DNA of 64,000 nucleotides from Candidatus Altiarchaeota archaeon (lineage in GTDB: Archaea; Altiarchaeota; Altiarchaeia; IMC4; QMZM01), in assembly GCA_038891095.1 (NCBI GenBank), contig JAWAEV010000001.1, positions 260,468 to 324,467 on the forward strand, written 5' to 3'. Under the pieces are notes generated by a model that made no database searches, was not told where the DNA came from, and worked only from the letters and a program-made list of their open reading frames with translations. The translations under genes were made by a program, and so were the position numbers. Of the stretch, positions 9,773 to 20,776 are shown piece by piece. The first letter of the stretch is position 1; every line of letters starts with the position of its first letter.

Positions 9773-10336
9773 TTATTCAATCCATTTTAAAATTTTAACT
9801 TTTCTTTCAGGTATTGGCTTCTCTTCAGCAGGATAACCAAATATAAGAAATGCAGTAATTTCATGATCATCTGGAATTCCGAGTTCTCTTCTTGTTTTTA
9901 TGTCTTTATTTATACCATCAGCTAAACCAATCCAGCAGCTTCCTAAACCAAGAGAATGAGCAGCAAGGAACATATTCTGAACAGCAAGTGCTGTATCTTC
10001 TCTACGCCATTTCAAATTTTTTTTGCAGGTTATTATAATTAGCAATGGTGCATTATAGAAAATTAAGTCGTCTTTACTTGTTATTCTCTCATAAAATTTC
10101 ATCCCTAATCCAATTAAATGTAAAGTTTTTTTTGCTTTTTCTGAAAGTTCTTTTATCTTTTCTTTATTCTCAATAACAATAAAATTCCAGGGAAATTCAT
10201 GCATTGCAGACGGTGCATAAACACCACATTCTAAAATTTTTTTAATTACTTCTTTTGGAATTTTTTTGTTAAGATATTTACGGATACTTCTGCGTTTCTT
10301 TATTGCATCAATTATAGGGTTATCTATGTTTTCCAA
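9773..10336 (-). CDS. Nitroreductase family protein
   Basis: RRSIRKY, APSA and QNMFLAAHSLGLGSCWIG motifs. Confidence 0.92.
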   Translation of the reverse strand: MENIDNPIIDAIKKRRSIRKYLNKKIPKEVIKKILECGVYAPSAMHEFPWNFIVIENKEKIKELSEKAKKTLHLIGLGMKFYERITSKDDLIFYNAPLLIIITCKKNLKWRREDTALAVQNMFLAAHSLGLGSCWIGLADGINKDIKTRRELGIPDDHEITAFLIFGYPAEEKPIPERKVKILKWIE

Positions 10337-10337
10337 T

Positions 10338-10535
10338 TTAAGAGCTTATTTTCCACAAAAATTTTAAATTGAGCTTTGAGGATAAAAACCCAGTGAAAAA
10401 ATAAATTGCTATTAAGTAAAAAACTGCAAATTTTTCAATTTCTCCTTTGAGAGTTAGCAATCCAAACAAAAATAAGATGGCTCCTAAAACTCCTATTGCA
10501 ACTGATCTAAAAAATTCATTTACTAATTTTTTCAT
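10338..10535 (-). CDS. Small hypothetical membrane protein
   Basis: Two hydrophobic segments; tightly packed in the operon. Confidence 0.65.
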   Translation of the reverse strand: MKKLVNEFFRSVAIGVLGAILFLFGLLTLKGEIEKFAVFYLIAIYFFTGFLSSKLNLKFLWKISS

Positions 10536-10537
10536 AA

Positions 10538-11710
10538 CTATAAAAAATTTTTAACTAATGTTAATAACTTTGGATGCTTTAATGCTTTCTTGAAAACTTC
10601 AACATATGCGCCTCTTGAGAGTTGTGCTAAATCTTCACCATTCCAGACTTTTGCAAGATAGTTCATATCTTCATCACTCAGCTTTTCTGCAAAATTTCTT
10701 ATCTTTAAAACTTTACTTAATCGCTCTCCATGAGATGCCCACCAATCTCTTTCATATTCCTTCAAAATTTTTATATCATTTTCAGCAATTGCTTTAGTTA
10801 TTTTTTCACCTGCAATCCTCCCAGCAGACATTGCTTCATAAATGCCTCCGCCATGTATTGGGTTTACTTGGCGAGCAGCATCTCCAACAACAAGCAAATT
10901 ATCTCTTACAAGTTCCTTAAGGAGACCACCAACTGGAACAGCACCAACATTCACCTCTAAGATACTACCATTCCTTAAACCTTCGTTCTCGTTTATAAAT
11001 TTATCAAGATAAAATTTTGCATTTTTTTCCTTTGATGTCCCTGAAATTCCAATGCCAACATTCGCTCTGTCGTTATCCTTAGGGAATACCCAACAATATC
11101 CACGAGGAGCAACTTCATTACCTAAGTAAATATGAATTAAATCTGGCTCATCTATTGCTATGTTAGCCATTTCATATTCCATACAAGAATCCAAATGCAC
11201 TTGTGCTAATGTTGAGTTTATTCCTGCTTCTCTTGCAATTACAGAATCAACACCATCTGCAGCAACAACAATTTTTGCCCTTATTTTTATCTCTTCACCA
11301 AATTGTATTGCGTTCACACCAACAATTTTTCCATTTTCTTTCCATAAAGAAGCTTTTGTGTCTGCAAAGACATCTGCCCCAGCTCTTGCCGCCTCAGAAG
11401 CTAAAAATTTGTCAAAAATTTTTCTCTCAATAATATAGCCTGAAATTTCATCATATCTCAGCTTTATTTTTGTTTTATCAGGAGCATATGCTATAAAACC
11501 ATAAATTTCTTTATTTATAAACCTCCTGTCCTTTGGTATATTTAATTCATTAAATAGCCTTACACCAACACCTTCACCACATCTCTTTGGTGAACCAATT
11601 TCTGTATGTTTATCAAGTAATAAAACATTAGCATTCTTTGCAGCATAAATTGCAGTTGTTGCTCCTGCCGGACCTGAGCCGATAATAACAACATCGTAGC
11701 TATCATTCAT
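10538..11710 (-). CDS. Digeranylgeranylglycerophospholipid (geranylgeranyl) reductase
   Basis: GSGPAG, PKRCGEG, PRGYCWVFPK and VGDAARQVNPIHGGGI motifs. Confidence 0.92.
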   Translation of the reverse strand: MNDSYDVVIIGSGPAGATTAIYAAKNANVLLLDKHTEIGSPKRCGEGVGVRLFNELNIPKDRRFINKEIYGFIAYAPDKTKIKLRYDEISGYIIERKIFDKFLASEAARAGADVFADTKASLWKENGKIVGVNAIQFGEEIKIRAKIVVAADGVDSVIAREAGINSTLAQVHLDSCMEYEMANIAIDEPDLIHIYLGNEVAPRGYCWVFPKDNDRANVGIGISGTSKEKNAKFYLDKFINENEGLRNGSILEVNVGAVPVGGLLKELVRDNLLVVGDAARQVNPIHGGGIYEAMSAGRIAGEKITKAIAENDIKILKEYERDWWASHGERLSKVLKIRNFAEKLSDEDMNYLAKVWNGEDLAQLSRGAYVEVFKKALKHPKLLTLVKNFL

Positions 11711-11880
11711 TTTTCAATTAGCTTGTCAATGTCTATTAAACCTAATGGACATGCTTTTTCACAAATTTTACATGAAATGCATCTCTTCGGATCAATTTCA
11801 GCACAACTTTCTAAGGTTATAGCCATTTTTGGGCATACTGCAACACAACCGCCACAAGAATAGCATCCTTTGATTTTCAT
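11707..11880 (-). CDS. 2[4Fe-4S] ferredoxin, missed by ORF track; likely electron donor for the GGR
   Basis: Manual translation MKIKGCYSCGGCVAVCPKMAITLESCAEIDPKRCISCKICEKACPLGLIDIDKLIEK; two CxxCxxCxxxCP motifs. Confidence 0.92.
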   Translation of the reverse strand: MKIKGCYSCGGCVAVCPKMAITLESCAEIDPKRCISCKICEKACPLGLIDIDKLIEK

Positions 11881-11933
11881 ATTAAAGCTTTAATTATTTT
11901 GCTTTTTTTATTTAAGAATTATTTAGCTAAATT

Positions 11934-12620
11934 TTAAGAATCAGAAATTATCTTACCATCCTTAAGTTTAATCAGCCTTTTTGCTTTTTTTGCTATAAGC
12001 GGATCATGAGTTATAATGATAAGAGTTTTATTTTCTCTCTTGTTTAACTCCCATAAAAGTTCAATTATTTTCTCCCCTGTTTTTGTGTCAAGGTTTCCAG
12101 TTGGCTCATCAGCAAGAATTACCTCAGGATTATTAGCAAGAGCTCTTGCAATTGCAACTCTTTGTTGCTCACCACCTGAGAGTTCAGTAGGTTTATTTTT
12201 TTCTTTATCTTTAAGATCAACCAATGAGAGCAACTCTCTCACTCTTCTTTTCCTATCTTCCTTTGGAATTCCCTTAAATCTCATAGGTAGCTCTATATTC
12301 TCAAATGTTGTAATTCCTGAGATTAAATTAAATTGCTGAAAAACAAAGCCAAATTTTTCTCTTCTAAGTTTTGCTTTCTCAAATCCATTTAGTTTAGAAA
12401 CTGCTATGTTCTCTATATAAATTTCACCACTTGTTGGCGTGTCAAGACAACTTATTAAGTTTAACAAGGTTGATTTTCCAGAGCCACTTGGGCCGGTTAT
12501 ACTAAGAAATTCCCCAGAAAAAATTTTTAGATTTATTTCCTTTAGTGCAGTAAATTCATTTGCTTTGCCTATGTTATATTTCTTAGAAACATTCTCACAA
12601 ACTATTTCTGTTTTATTCAT
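11934..12620 (-). CDS. ABC transporter ATP-binding protein (LolD/MacB type)
   Basis: [24 protein letters not shown] and ADEPTGNLD; start at MNKTEIV. Confidence 0.95.
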   Translation of the reverse strand: MNKTEIVCENVSKKYNIGKANEFTALKEINLKIFSGEFLSITGPSGSGKSTLLNLISCLDTPTSGEIYIENIAVSKLNGFEKAKLRREKFGFVFQQFNLISGITTFENIELPMRFKGIPKEDRKRRVRELLSLVDLKDKEKNKPTELSGGEQQRVAIARALANNPEVILADEPTGNLDTKTGEKIIELLWELNKRENKTLIIITHDPLIAKKAKRLIKLKDGKIISDS

Positions 12621-13845
12621 ATCTAAGCACCTCAATAGGGTCAAGTCGTGAAGCATTCCATGCAGGATAAATTCCTGCCAAAATTCCAAGAATAAGAGCA
12701 AATCCTAAGCCAAGAACTATTAAATCTAAAGTTAAAATTGCGGTAAATTGTGTAAATTTTGGTATCAAAAAAGTTGCGATGTAGCCAACTAACACACCTA
12801 TTGCCCCACCAAAAAAGCTAATTATTGCTGACTCTTGGAGAACTTGTATTAGAATTGTGGTTGTTGTAGCACCTATTGCTTTCATTATGCCTATTTCTTT
12901 CCTCCTCTCCATTATTGACATTATCATAGTATTCATAACTCCTAAACTACCAACTATAGCAGAAACAGCAGCAATTCCAAGAACAGCTAATTGTATGGTG
13001 CTAAGAGTAGACTCAAGTTGTCTTATCATAGTAACAATTGAGAATGCCCTTACATCATCAAAAAAATTATTTATATCCTCAGTAATTGACTCCACTAAAC
13101 TTATATCAGAAACCCTAACTTGTAATGAAGAAATTGTATCGTCATTTTCAATTTCTTGCATTGTTTTTAGTGGTACATATGCTGCGTTGTCTATGTTGCT
13201 ATCTCCTGTCTGTTCAAGAATGCCTATAACTTCAAAGAAAAAACTCTCTATATCTGTAGAATTTTCTGTTCTCCTTTGATATTCTATTTCATCTCCAATG
13301 TTAAGGTTCTGTAATTCTGCTTGGTTATAGCCTAAAAGAACAACTTCTTTTCCATTATCAGTCTCGTCAAATTTTCTACCCTCTAAAGTTATTGTTTTTT
13401 CACCTATTATATAATCCAAATCCTCAGGATTTATTGCAGTGAAAGTCAATGTTGTTGCTCCTATACCACCACTTGTGCTTGGAAGAAGTCTACCTATTCC
13501 ACCGCCAGAAAATAACTGTCTTCCTGACATGAATCCAAACTCTCTGCCACGAAAAACTCTTGTTATTCTGTAGTTTGCTATTGGCACAACTGCCTCAACT
13601 CCTGTAATATATTTTATACCTTCAATTGTATCCTCTGAAATTCCTATGTCATTGTCTGTTGCCCTGACAGTTATAATTGCTGCAACACTTCCAACCTGTT
13701 TTTGAATTTGAGCATTAAGTCCTGCACCAATTGAACCTAAAATTAATATTAAACCTATGCCAAGAGTTATGCCAAGTATTGTTAGAAAACTCCTTACTTT
13801 GTGCCTAAGGATATTTTTTATAGCTATGTCAAGCATTTCAAACAA
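12613..13845 (-). CDS. ABC transporter permease (MacB/FtsX family)
   Basis: RSFLTILGI, ERRKEIGIMKAIGA and [17 protein letters not shown] motifs. Confidence 0.93.
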   Translation of the reverse strand: MFEMLDIAIKNILRHKVRSFLTILGITLGIGLILILGSIGAGLNAQIQKQVGSVAAIITVRATDNDIGISEDTIEGIKYITGVEAVVPIANYRITRVFRGREFGFMSGRQLFSGGGIGRLLPSTSGGIGATTLTFTAINPEDLDYIIGEKTITLEGRKFDETDNGKEVVLLGYNQAELQNLNIGDEIEYQRRTENSTDIESFFFEVIGILEQTGDSNIDNAAYVPLKTMQEIENDDTISSLQVRVSDISLVESITEDINNFFDDVRAFSIVTMIRQLESTLSTIQLAVLGIAAVSAIVGSLGVMNTMIMSIMERRKEIGIMKAIGATTTTILIQVLQESAIISFFGGAIGVLVGYIATFLIPKFTQFTAILTLDLIVLGLGFALILGILAGIYPAWNASRLDPIEVLRYE

Positions 13846-13851
13846 TGGGCA

Positions 13852-15540
13852 TTACTTATTTGAAAATTTTTTTGATATAAAACCTGGAAGTATAGGCTCG
13901 CTCTTTAATTTTCTATATATTATGAAAATTAGTATCAAAGCTGCTATGACATAAAAAGCATAAACTAAAAAATCGTTTGTACCTCTACTGCCTCTTAAAC
14001 TACTTGTATTACCTGCACTACCAACTAATGCTTCCCTGATGGTTATTCTCTCTGTTTGTGTTATTCTCTGATTATTTAATCCTGTGTATTCCAAAGTTAG
14101 TAATGCCTGCCCATAATTTTGAACAGAAAAAGTGAATGTTGCTTGCTTTCCTGGCTTAATATCTGATTTATAAGAAACAAAAGATTGCTGACTTATCTGT
14201 CTTGAGAAATTTCCAAATTGAGTTCTATTAGAAAATCTTGCCCTTCTTTCAGAAATTTGTTGTTGGGAGAAATTCTGTTCTTGTGATATTTGCTGGAAAT
14301 CCTCTGGAATTGTATAGAAAGTTAGTGTTGCCTTTACAGCTTCTGCAGTTCTTGTACCTAAATTTGCCACATCTATTGTTATAGCGCCTCTACTTGTTGC
14401 TACATTTATTACCTCAAGCAAAACCTTGCCACTTACATCAATTCCTATATCTTTTTCAGCAATATAAGAAATGCCACCAACTTTATATAGAATTTTTAAT
14501 GGTATGGAATAAACTTTTGTTTCTGCATCCCAACTAATAGCAATGTCAAATTCCACTTCAAAAATTTCACCAGGGAGAACTTTACTGATATACCTTTCAT
14601 TTGTGTTAACTGGAACAAATGGGCTAGTTAAAGAAAGTAAAACAGTAACATCATCAGCTTCTGTCTTACCAACATTCTTTAAAATTAATTTTATTTTTAC
14701 ATTATCTCCTGGACTTGGAGATGAATAACTAATGTTCAGTATTTTAAAATCAACACTGGTGTCTTCTATGTTGAGTCCTATGGATAACTCATCAGATGCT
14801 ACTTCCCCTGAGGCATCAATATATGAGAGTGAAAGCAAAGCAACACAAGTACCTGCTGTATTTGGTTTTATTTTATAATCTACCACAAAATTTTTATTTG
14901 GAGAGATTTCACTTATATACCTCCTTGATGAACCAATTATTGTCATGCAATTTGAAGTTGATGATAAACCTAAAGTTAAATCTTTTAGATAGTCTCCAGA
15001 AATTACAACTAAGGTTAGATTATCAACATTGCCTCTTATATAATCTGTCTTTTGTGCTGAAATTTGAAAATTTGGATTTGAATAGATTCTTATAGGAATT
15101 TCCCAATTAGTGTATAAATTTTCTTTTTTTGCGCCATAAGAGTCATAACCATCATAATATATCGTTACTGGTATTGAAGTAAGTCCTGTTTTAGCATCAT
15201 TAGCTATTGTTATCATAACTTGCAATTTTTTGCTCTCTTGAGCATCCATTGTACCTATGTAAAATTTTTTATTTACTTTAACATAAGTAGTTTCTTTAAT
15301 CCAAATTTCAACCTTTTCTGCTTTTTGGCTGCCAGTATTTTTAACAACTAAGGTTAGAAGCCCGGTATCTCCTTTTCTCAAATTTGAGTCAATAGATGTA
15401 GCGCCTATGTCAACCATAACATTTGTTGGTGCAGTAGTATTAGTTCTGGATGTTGCAGAGCTTACAGTATCAACACTAGTAATCAAAAAAATAGTTACAA
15501 CTACAACTGCAAAAAATATCTTTTCCAAATTATCTTTCAT
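13852..15540 (-). CDS. COG1361 S-layer-family protein (CARDB-like repeats, C-terminal TM)
   Basis: Signal peptide, repeated KNxGxxxA strands and C-terminal anchor; adjacent to MacB ABC genes. Confidence 0.8.
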   Translation of the reverse strand: MKDNLEKIFFAVVVVTIFLITSVDTVSSATSRTNTTAPTNVMVDIGATSIDSNLRKGDTGLLTLVVKNTGSQKAEKVEIWIKETTYVKVNKKFYIGTMDAQESKKLQVMITIANDAKTGLTSIPVTIYYDGYDSYGAKKENLYTNWEIPIRIYSNPNFQISAQKTDYIRGNVDNLTLVVISGDYLKDLTLGLSSTSNCMTIIGSSRRYISEISPNKNFVVDYKIKPNTAGTCVALLSLSYIDASGEVASDELSIGLNIEDTSVDFKILNISYSSPSPGDNVKIKLILKNVGKTEADDVTVLLSLTSPFVPVNTNERYISKVLPGEIFEVEFDIAISWDAETKVYSIPLKILYKVGGISYIAEKDIGIDVSGKVLLEVINVATSRGAITIDVANLGTRTAEAVKATLTFYTIPEDFQQISQEQNFSQQQISERRARFSNRTQFGNFSRQISQQSFVSYKSDIKPGKQATFTFSVQNYGQALLTLEYTGLNNQRITQTERITIREALVGSAGNTSSLRGSRGTNDFLVYAFYVIAALILIFIIYRKLKSEPILPGFISKKFSNK

Positions 15541-15621
15541 TTTAATTTTTCACCTCGTAGTTTGATTGTTCTTTTTGATTATTTGTTATTTTATTTTGGA
15601 CATTCTAGCAGTATCTGAGAG

Positions 15622-16002
15622 TTACATTCCTCTTTTTTCGCGAATTTTTTGTAAAGCTTCTTGTACTTCATTTTCAGATGCATTACTAGATAGATTTAAC
15701 CTTCTTCTCAATCCAAAAAGTCTGTTACTGATATTACCAGACCAATTATGCTCTTCTCCACCAAATTGTGTAATATTCCACATACTTCTTTTTCTATGGT
15801 CTATGCCCATCCGTGGCCATCCACTTCTGTTTTCCATGCTACCGTTAAAAGGACGACCAAAAATTGGTTTGTTTTGAGTAAGCTGATTGTAACTTTCCAT
15901 ATTGCTAAGAGAGTTAGAATTATTGGAACTATTATTGTTGATACACCCAGATATTAAAATGGAGCAAACAACCAAAAATATTTTGGTTACTTCTTTTTTC
16001 AT
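15622..16002 (-). CDS. Hypothetical lipoprotein-like exported protein
   Basis: MKKEV..ILISGC lipobox-like signal; Asn/Ser-rich. Confidence 0.6.
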   Translation of the reverse strand: MKKEVTKIFLVVCSILISGCINNNSSNNSNSLSNMESYNQLTQNKPIFGRPFNGSMENRSGWPRMGIDHRKRSMWNITQFGGEEHNWSGNISNRLFGLRRRLNLSSNASENEVQEALQKIREKRGM

Positions 16003-16095
16003 TTTTTCGATTCTTATTTTTATTCTCTGAAACCAAATATAAACTGCTAATGAAACAAACTGAAACAAGTAACAAATTGAAACAATAAAAACAAA

Positions 16096-16656
16096 ATGTA
16101 TAGAAAATATAGAATTTTAATGGTCTTATGTCTAGCATATGGTGGTTTTTTATTGATGACTTATATCTTTATGGTATACTCTATACTAACAAAAAATGAG
16201 GTTATTGGGATTTATCCTTTTCAATCTAGAAGATTTGGAAGAGTTTTTGGAAATGAGAGTACGAGGCTTGAAAGATTTTTGATTAATGAAAGCAAACAGA
16301 ATATTATGATAGAAAGGAGAGAGCCAATAGAGCTACTTTTTTCACCATTGCTTCTTGCATTTCTGATAGGTGGTTTGCTTTCAATAACTAGTGGCGTTGC
16401 ATTGTGGCAACTAACAAGAGTAAAGGAATTAAAGGAATTTAAAGAAAAATTAACATCAACATTGCTTACTGAAGAAGAAAAGAAGATACTAAATGAATTA
16501 GAAAAAAATAATGGTGAGCTAACACAAAAAGAACTAACAGATAGGACAGGATTCTCAAGAGTAAAAGTACACAGACTAATTGAAAAATTAAAAGCAAAAA
16601 AACTTGTGAAAAAATACGCATATGGCCAAACAAACAAAATTATTATTGAGTCTTAA
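16096..16656 (+). CDS. Membrane-anchored MarR-like wHTH transcriptional regulator
   Basis: Two TM segments followed by LTEEEKKIL..GELTQKEL..GFSRVKVHRLI..GQTNKI. Confidence 0.8.
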   Translation: MYRKYRILMVLCLAYGGFLLMTYIFMVYSILTKNEVIGIYPFQSRRFGRVFGNESTRLERFLINESKQNIMIERREPIELLFSPLLLAFLIGGLLSITSGVALWQLTRVKELKEFKEKLTSTLLTEEEKKILNELEKNNGELTQKELTDRTGFSRVKVHRLIEKLKAKKLVKKYAYGQTNKIIIES

Positions 16657-16669
16657 AGATAATTTTAGT

Positions 16670-17896
16670 TTATTCGTATCTCAATGCATCTACAGGCTTA
16701 AGCTCAGAAGCTTGTTTCGCAGGTAAAATTCCTGAAATAACTCCAACAAAAAATGAAAACGCTAATGCTCCAATGATAAGCTCTAAACTTATGTAAGCTT
16801 CTAACAACTTTCCCTTTAATGTTTGCTCGGCAAAAATTTCAACAATTTTGCTTGTTGTAATCCCGATCATACAACCAATTGCTCCACCTATCATACCAAG
16901 AATCCCTGATTCAATTGTGAATAAAAGTAATATGTCTTTATTTTTAGCTCCAATCGCTTTCATAACACCAATTTCTTGAGTTCTTTCCAGAACAGAGGTA
17001 TACATAGTGTTCATAATCCCGACTCCACCAACAATGAGAGAAATTGCAGCTATTCCAATTATAACCCATGTAACAGCATCAAGTATAGAAGTAATTGACC
17101 TTCTTATCTTCTCAAAAGTCTGAACTGAGAAATTTTCTTGACCTTCTTTCAAATTTCTATCTTTCCGCATTTCTTTTTTTATTTTCTCTGCAATTTTATC
17201 AACATCATAGCCATCTTTTACCTTTGCATAAATTACCATATACTCTTCCTTAGTATTGAAAATCTCTTCAGCTGTTTTTATAGGTATATACATCTGTGAG
17301 TCATCATCTGGATTTCCAATTTGGCTAACCCTCGCGACAACATCAAATTCTCTGCCATTTATCTCGATTTTATCTCCTATAGCTACTTTCTTTTTAAAGA
17401 ATCCGTCTTCCTCGCCAAGAAGATAGCCAACTGCTACCTTATACTTATCTGTAGATTTAAATTTTTCTTGACCTTCTATTATTTTTATTCCTGTGCCTTT
17501 GAGCAAAATATCTTGAGTGTCATCAGTAGGAAACGCAACAATTGAACCATATTTGACTTCGCCTTTAAATTTGACTTGAGCAATTCTCATAAAGAAACCA
17601 GCTGCATTTTCTACACCATTAATCCCTTTTATCAACTCTAAATCATGCTTTTTTAGTTTTTCAATTGAGGTTATTGAAGAAAGTCCGCTATATGACTCAG
17701 CACCTGGGAGAACTATTATTATATCTGAGCCCAAAATTTCAAATTGTTCATTTATCGCCTTTTGCATTCCTTGACCAAGAGAAATTAAAGAAACAACTGC
17801 TGTGATGCCAATAATTACTCCAAGAATTGTGAGATAACTCCTTATCCCCTTTCTTTTTATTCCATTTAGAGTTATGTTGAATAAATCTTGAATCAT
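16670..17896 (-). CDS. ABC transporter permease (MacB/FtsX family)
   Basis: RSYLTILGVIIG, GIMNTMYTSVLERT and PVDALRYE motifs. Confidence 0.93.
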   Translation of the reverse strand: MIQDLFNITLNGIKRKGIRSYLTILGVIIGITAVVSLISLGQGMQKAINEQFEILGSDIIIVLPGAESYSGLSSITSIEKLKKHDLELIKGINGVENAAGFFMRIAQVKFKGEVKYGSIVAFPTDDTQDILLKGTGIKIIEGQEKFKSTDKYKVAVGYLLGEEDGFFKKKVAIGDKIEINGREFDVVARVSQIGNPDDDSQMYIPIKTAEEIFNTKEEYMVIYAKVKDGYDVDKIAEKIKKEMRKDRNLKEGQENFSVQTFEKIRRSITSILDAVTWVIIGIAAISLIVGGVGIMNTMYTSVLERTQEIGVMKAIGAKNKDILLLFTIESGILGMIGGAIGCMIGITTSKIVEIFAEQTLKGKLLEAYISLELIIGALAFSFFVGVISGILPAKQASELKPVDALRYE

Positions 17897-17897
17897 T

Positions 17898-19130
17898 TTA
17901 AAGTTTATATCGCAATGCATCAACTGGGTTCATCATTGCTGCTTTTCTCGCAGGCATTAGGCCAGATATACATCCAACCATAAAAGAGAATAGTAACGCT
18001 CCAAAAATTAGTTCAAACGAAAAGTAAATTTTCACAAATTCTATGTTGTTTGCTTTAAGTATATGCTCTACGCTGTAGCTAAATATCATTCCAATCATAC
18101 AACCAATTGCTCCGCCTATCATGCCAAGAATTCCTGATTCAATTAGAAAAATTAGCATTATATCAGAATTTCTCGCTCCAACTGATTTCATGATTCCAAT
18201 CTGCTTTGTTCTTTCCAGAACAGAGGTATACATAGTGTTCATAATCCCGACACCACCAACAATGAGAGAAATTGTAGCTATGCCAACTAAAAGGATTTGT
18301 ACAATAGCAAGGACATTCTTGAAGGAACTTACAATGCTTTCAGCTGTTTCAACCAAAAAATCCTCTTCACCCTTTTTGACATTTCTTTCTTTTCTTAATT
18401 CTTTTTTTATATCATCAGCAACTTCTTTTGGGATAAAACCATCTTCTACTTTTACATTTATTGATGAAAACTCTTCGCTCTTATTGAATAATTCTCTTGC
18501 TATATCTATAGGGATTATAATTCTTCTTTCATGCAATGGATTGCCAGTTTTTTTAGTAATACCTATGATCTCAAATTCTTTGTCTTGAATTTTGATTTTC
18601 TCCCCAATTTTAAGTTCTTTGTTAAAGTAATGCTTTCCTGTTTCATATCCAACAACTACTTTGTACAGATCACTGCTCTGTAAAAATCTTCCCTTCTCAA
18701 TATCAAAGAAATTTATCTCTTTAACAAACTTTATATCTTCAGCATCAGTTGGTACTGAAAAAACCAATGGCATAACTCTTTTTTCTTTAAATTCTACATC
18801 TGCTCTTCCTGCAAGAATTCCGATAGCATTCTCAACTCCTTTAACTTTTTTAACAGCATCTAAATCTTTCTTAGTTAATTTACTTGTAAATAGTTCTGAA
18901 GCTCCAAACATTGCTGTTGCTGCACCAAAATTACTACCAGGGGAGATAATAATTCTATTGCCGCCTACCTGCCTGAATTGATCATCAATATATGCTTGCA
19001 AACCTTGGCCAAGAGATATAAGAGCAACAACTGCAAATATGCCAATAAAAATTCCGAGCATAGTAAGCCATGTTCTCAGCTTTCTGTGCTTTATGCTATC
19101 TATTGCAAATTTTACATAGTCCGCTATCAT
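17898..19130 (-). CDS. ABC transporter permease (MacB/FtsX family)
   Basis: RTWLTMLGIFIG, GIMNTMYTSVLERT and NPVDALRY motifs. Confidence 0.93.
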   Translation of the reverse strand: MIADYVKFAIDSIKHRKLRTWLTMLGIFIGIFAVVALISLGQGLQAYIDDQFRQVGGNRIIISPGSNFGAATAMFGASELFTSKLTKKDLDAVKKVKGVENAIGILAGRADVEFKEKRVMPLVFSVPTDAEDIKFVKEINFFDIEKGRFLQSSDLYKVVVGYETGKHYFNKELKIGEKIKIQDKEFEIIGITKKTGNPLHERRIIIPIDIARELFNKSEEFSSINVKVEDGFIPKEVADDIKKELRKERNVKKGEEDFLVETAESIVSSFKNVLAIVQILLVGIATISLIVGGVGIMNTMYTSVLERTKQIGIMKSVGARNSDIMLIFLIESGILGMIGGAIGCMIGMIFSYSVEHILKANNIEFVKIYFSFELIFGALLFSFMVGCISGLMPARKAAMMNPVDALRYKL

Positions 19131-19132
19131 AC

Positions 19133-20776
19133 TTATTTCTTAAAAAATTTTTTATCTAAGTAGTTTATTGTTAACTTAAAAATTTTGTATAATAACCAAA
19201 GGACTATTGCAAAAATGAATGCTCCGGCTAAAAGGGCAACTATGCTTATTACATTAGCAACCGTAGTAGAAGGTTTCATTGCTCCATAAACTGAAGAAGA
19301 AAGCACTTCTAATGAAATTTCCTTAGTTTCGATATATTTTTCATTACTGCCTTCTTCTCTATAGGATAATTCAAATTTCAATGGAATTTTACTTCCTTCT
19401 TTAACATTATCTGAGAGTTGAATTGTAAATTCTTCTGTATCTGTGTCATCTGAATCAAGATTTCCTACATAAATTTCACTTGTTGACAAAACTTTATATT
19501 CATCAGTCTGTAACAATTTTAATGTTAGGAATTTCACATTTGTGAATGCAGAGTTTACAATATCAACAAAAATCTTACCCTTAGATCCTTTTGTAAATAG
19601 ATCTGAATTTTTTCCAAGAGAAAGATAAATTTCAGGCTTTCCAGAAATTTTTATTCCAATTGTCTTATCAACTGATTGTTTAGAGTTGCTTGCATCGTAA
19701 TAGGTAAGCGCCAATGGGAGTTGATATGCAACATTTTCTGCACTCGTATCAAGCAAAATCTCAAATGTTACATCCTTAGTTTCTTTTGGTAGGATATCAC
19801 CAATGTGCTTTTCTGATGTCTTCAAAGCAGTGAATGGCTTCGTTAATGTCAACTTAGCAATAACATCCCTTGCTTTTGATGTTCCAAAATTTTTTAATGT
19901 TATTGTTAAATTTTTTACATCTCCGTAGCTTAATGTCTCAGGATATAAATTTACAACATTCAGCATTATATCAGACGACTGAACATCTATTCCAAAAGAT
20001 ATCGAATCTGTCATTAAAATTCCTGAAGAGATATCATAGTAATCAATTGACAATGTTAAAGTACATATTCCTGTTGATATTGGCTTTATAGTATAGTCAA
20101 TATTAAACTCGCTATCTCTTTCAATATCACTCATGTATCTTTTACTTGAGCCAAGAACTGTGGCACAATTTGAATTTAAAACAACAGACACATCTTTCGC
20201 AGGATTTTTTGCATGAGCTGAAATCTCTAATTTCTGCTCAACATCTTTAAAAAATTCTTTTTTAGCTATAGATACTTGAAAATTTGGATTAGCATATATC
20301 ATCACAGGAATTTCCCATCTTCTTTGGACGTTTTTTGTTCTTTTGTTATTTGTGTCTACACTATCAAATACTGCAACAACTGTCAATGTGTAAACTCCTG
20401 GGAGAGCATTCTTCTCAACTTTTATTACTTTTGATATTGTTTTTGAAAATCCACCCTCAATAGTACCAAGCTCAAACTTTGCATTTGCTTTTATCTCTGG
20501 TGAATCATAAATTAAAATTTCTATATTTTCAGCAGGCTTTGTACCAGTGTTCTTAAAAACAATTTGTAAAACTCCTGAAGAGCCTGGTCTTAAGTTTTGT
20601 TCAATTTTTGTAAGCTCAAAATCTATAACCAAATTTGTTGGTGTTTCCTTCGGTACATTTTCAGGACCATAAACAGATGCTAAAGAAACTGCGCTGACAT
20701 AGCTAACCAAGCTAATTAATGCCAAAAACAAAAAAAATATTAAAAACCTTTTCCTAAATTTTATTTTACTTTCCAT
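19133..20776 (-). CDS. COG1361 S-layer-family protein
   Basis: Paralog of 13852-15540 (shared WEIP..IY.NPNFQ); YVGNLDSDD; C-terminal TM. Confidence 0.8.
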   Translation of the reverse strand: MESKIKFRKRFLIFFLFLALISLVSYVSAVSLASVYGPENVPKETPTNLVIDFELTKIEQNLRPGSSGVLQIVFKNTGTKPAENIEILIYDSPEIKANAKFELGTIEGGFSKTISKVIKVEKNALPGVYTLTVVAVFDSVDTNNKRTKNVQRRWEIPVMIYANPNFQVSIAKKEFFKDVEQKLEISAHAKNPAKDVSVVLNSNCATVLGSSKRYMSDIERDSEFNIDYTIKPISTGICTLTLSIDYYDISSGILMTDSISFGIDVQSSDIMLNVVNLYPETLSYGDVKNLTITLKNFGTSKARDVIAKLTLTKPFTALKTSEKHIGDILPKETKDVTFEILLDTSAENVAYQLPLALTYYDASNSKQSVDKTIGIKISGKPEIYLSLGKNSDLFTKGSKGKIFVDIVNSAFTNVKFLTLKLLQTDEYKVLSTSEIYVGNLDSDDTDTEEFTIQLSDNVKEGSKIPLKFELSYREEGSNEKYIETKEISLEVLSSSVYGAMKPSTTVANVISIVALLAGAFIFAIVLWLLYKIFKLTINYLDKKFFKK

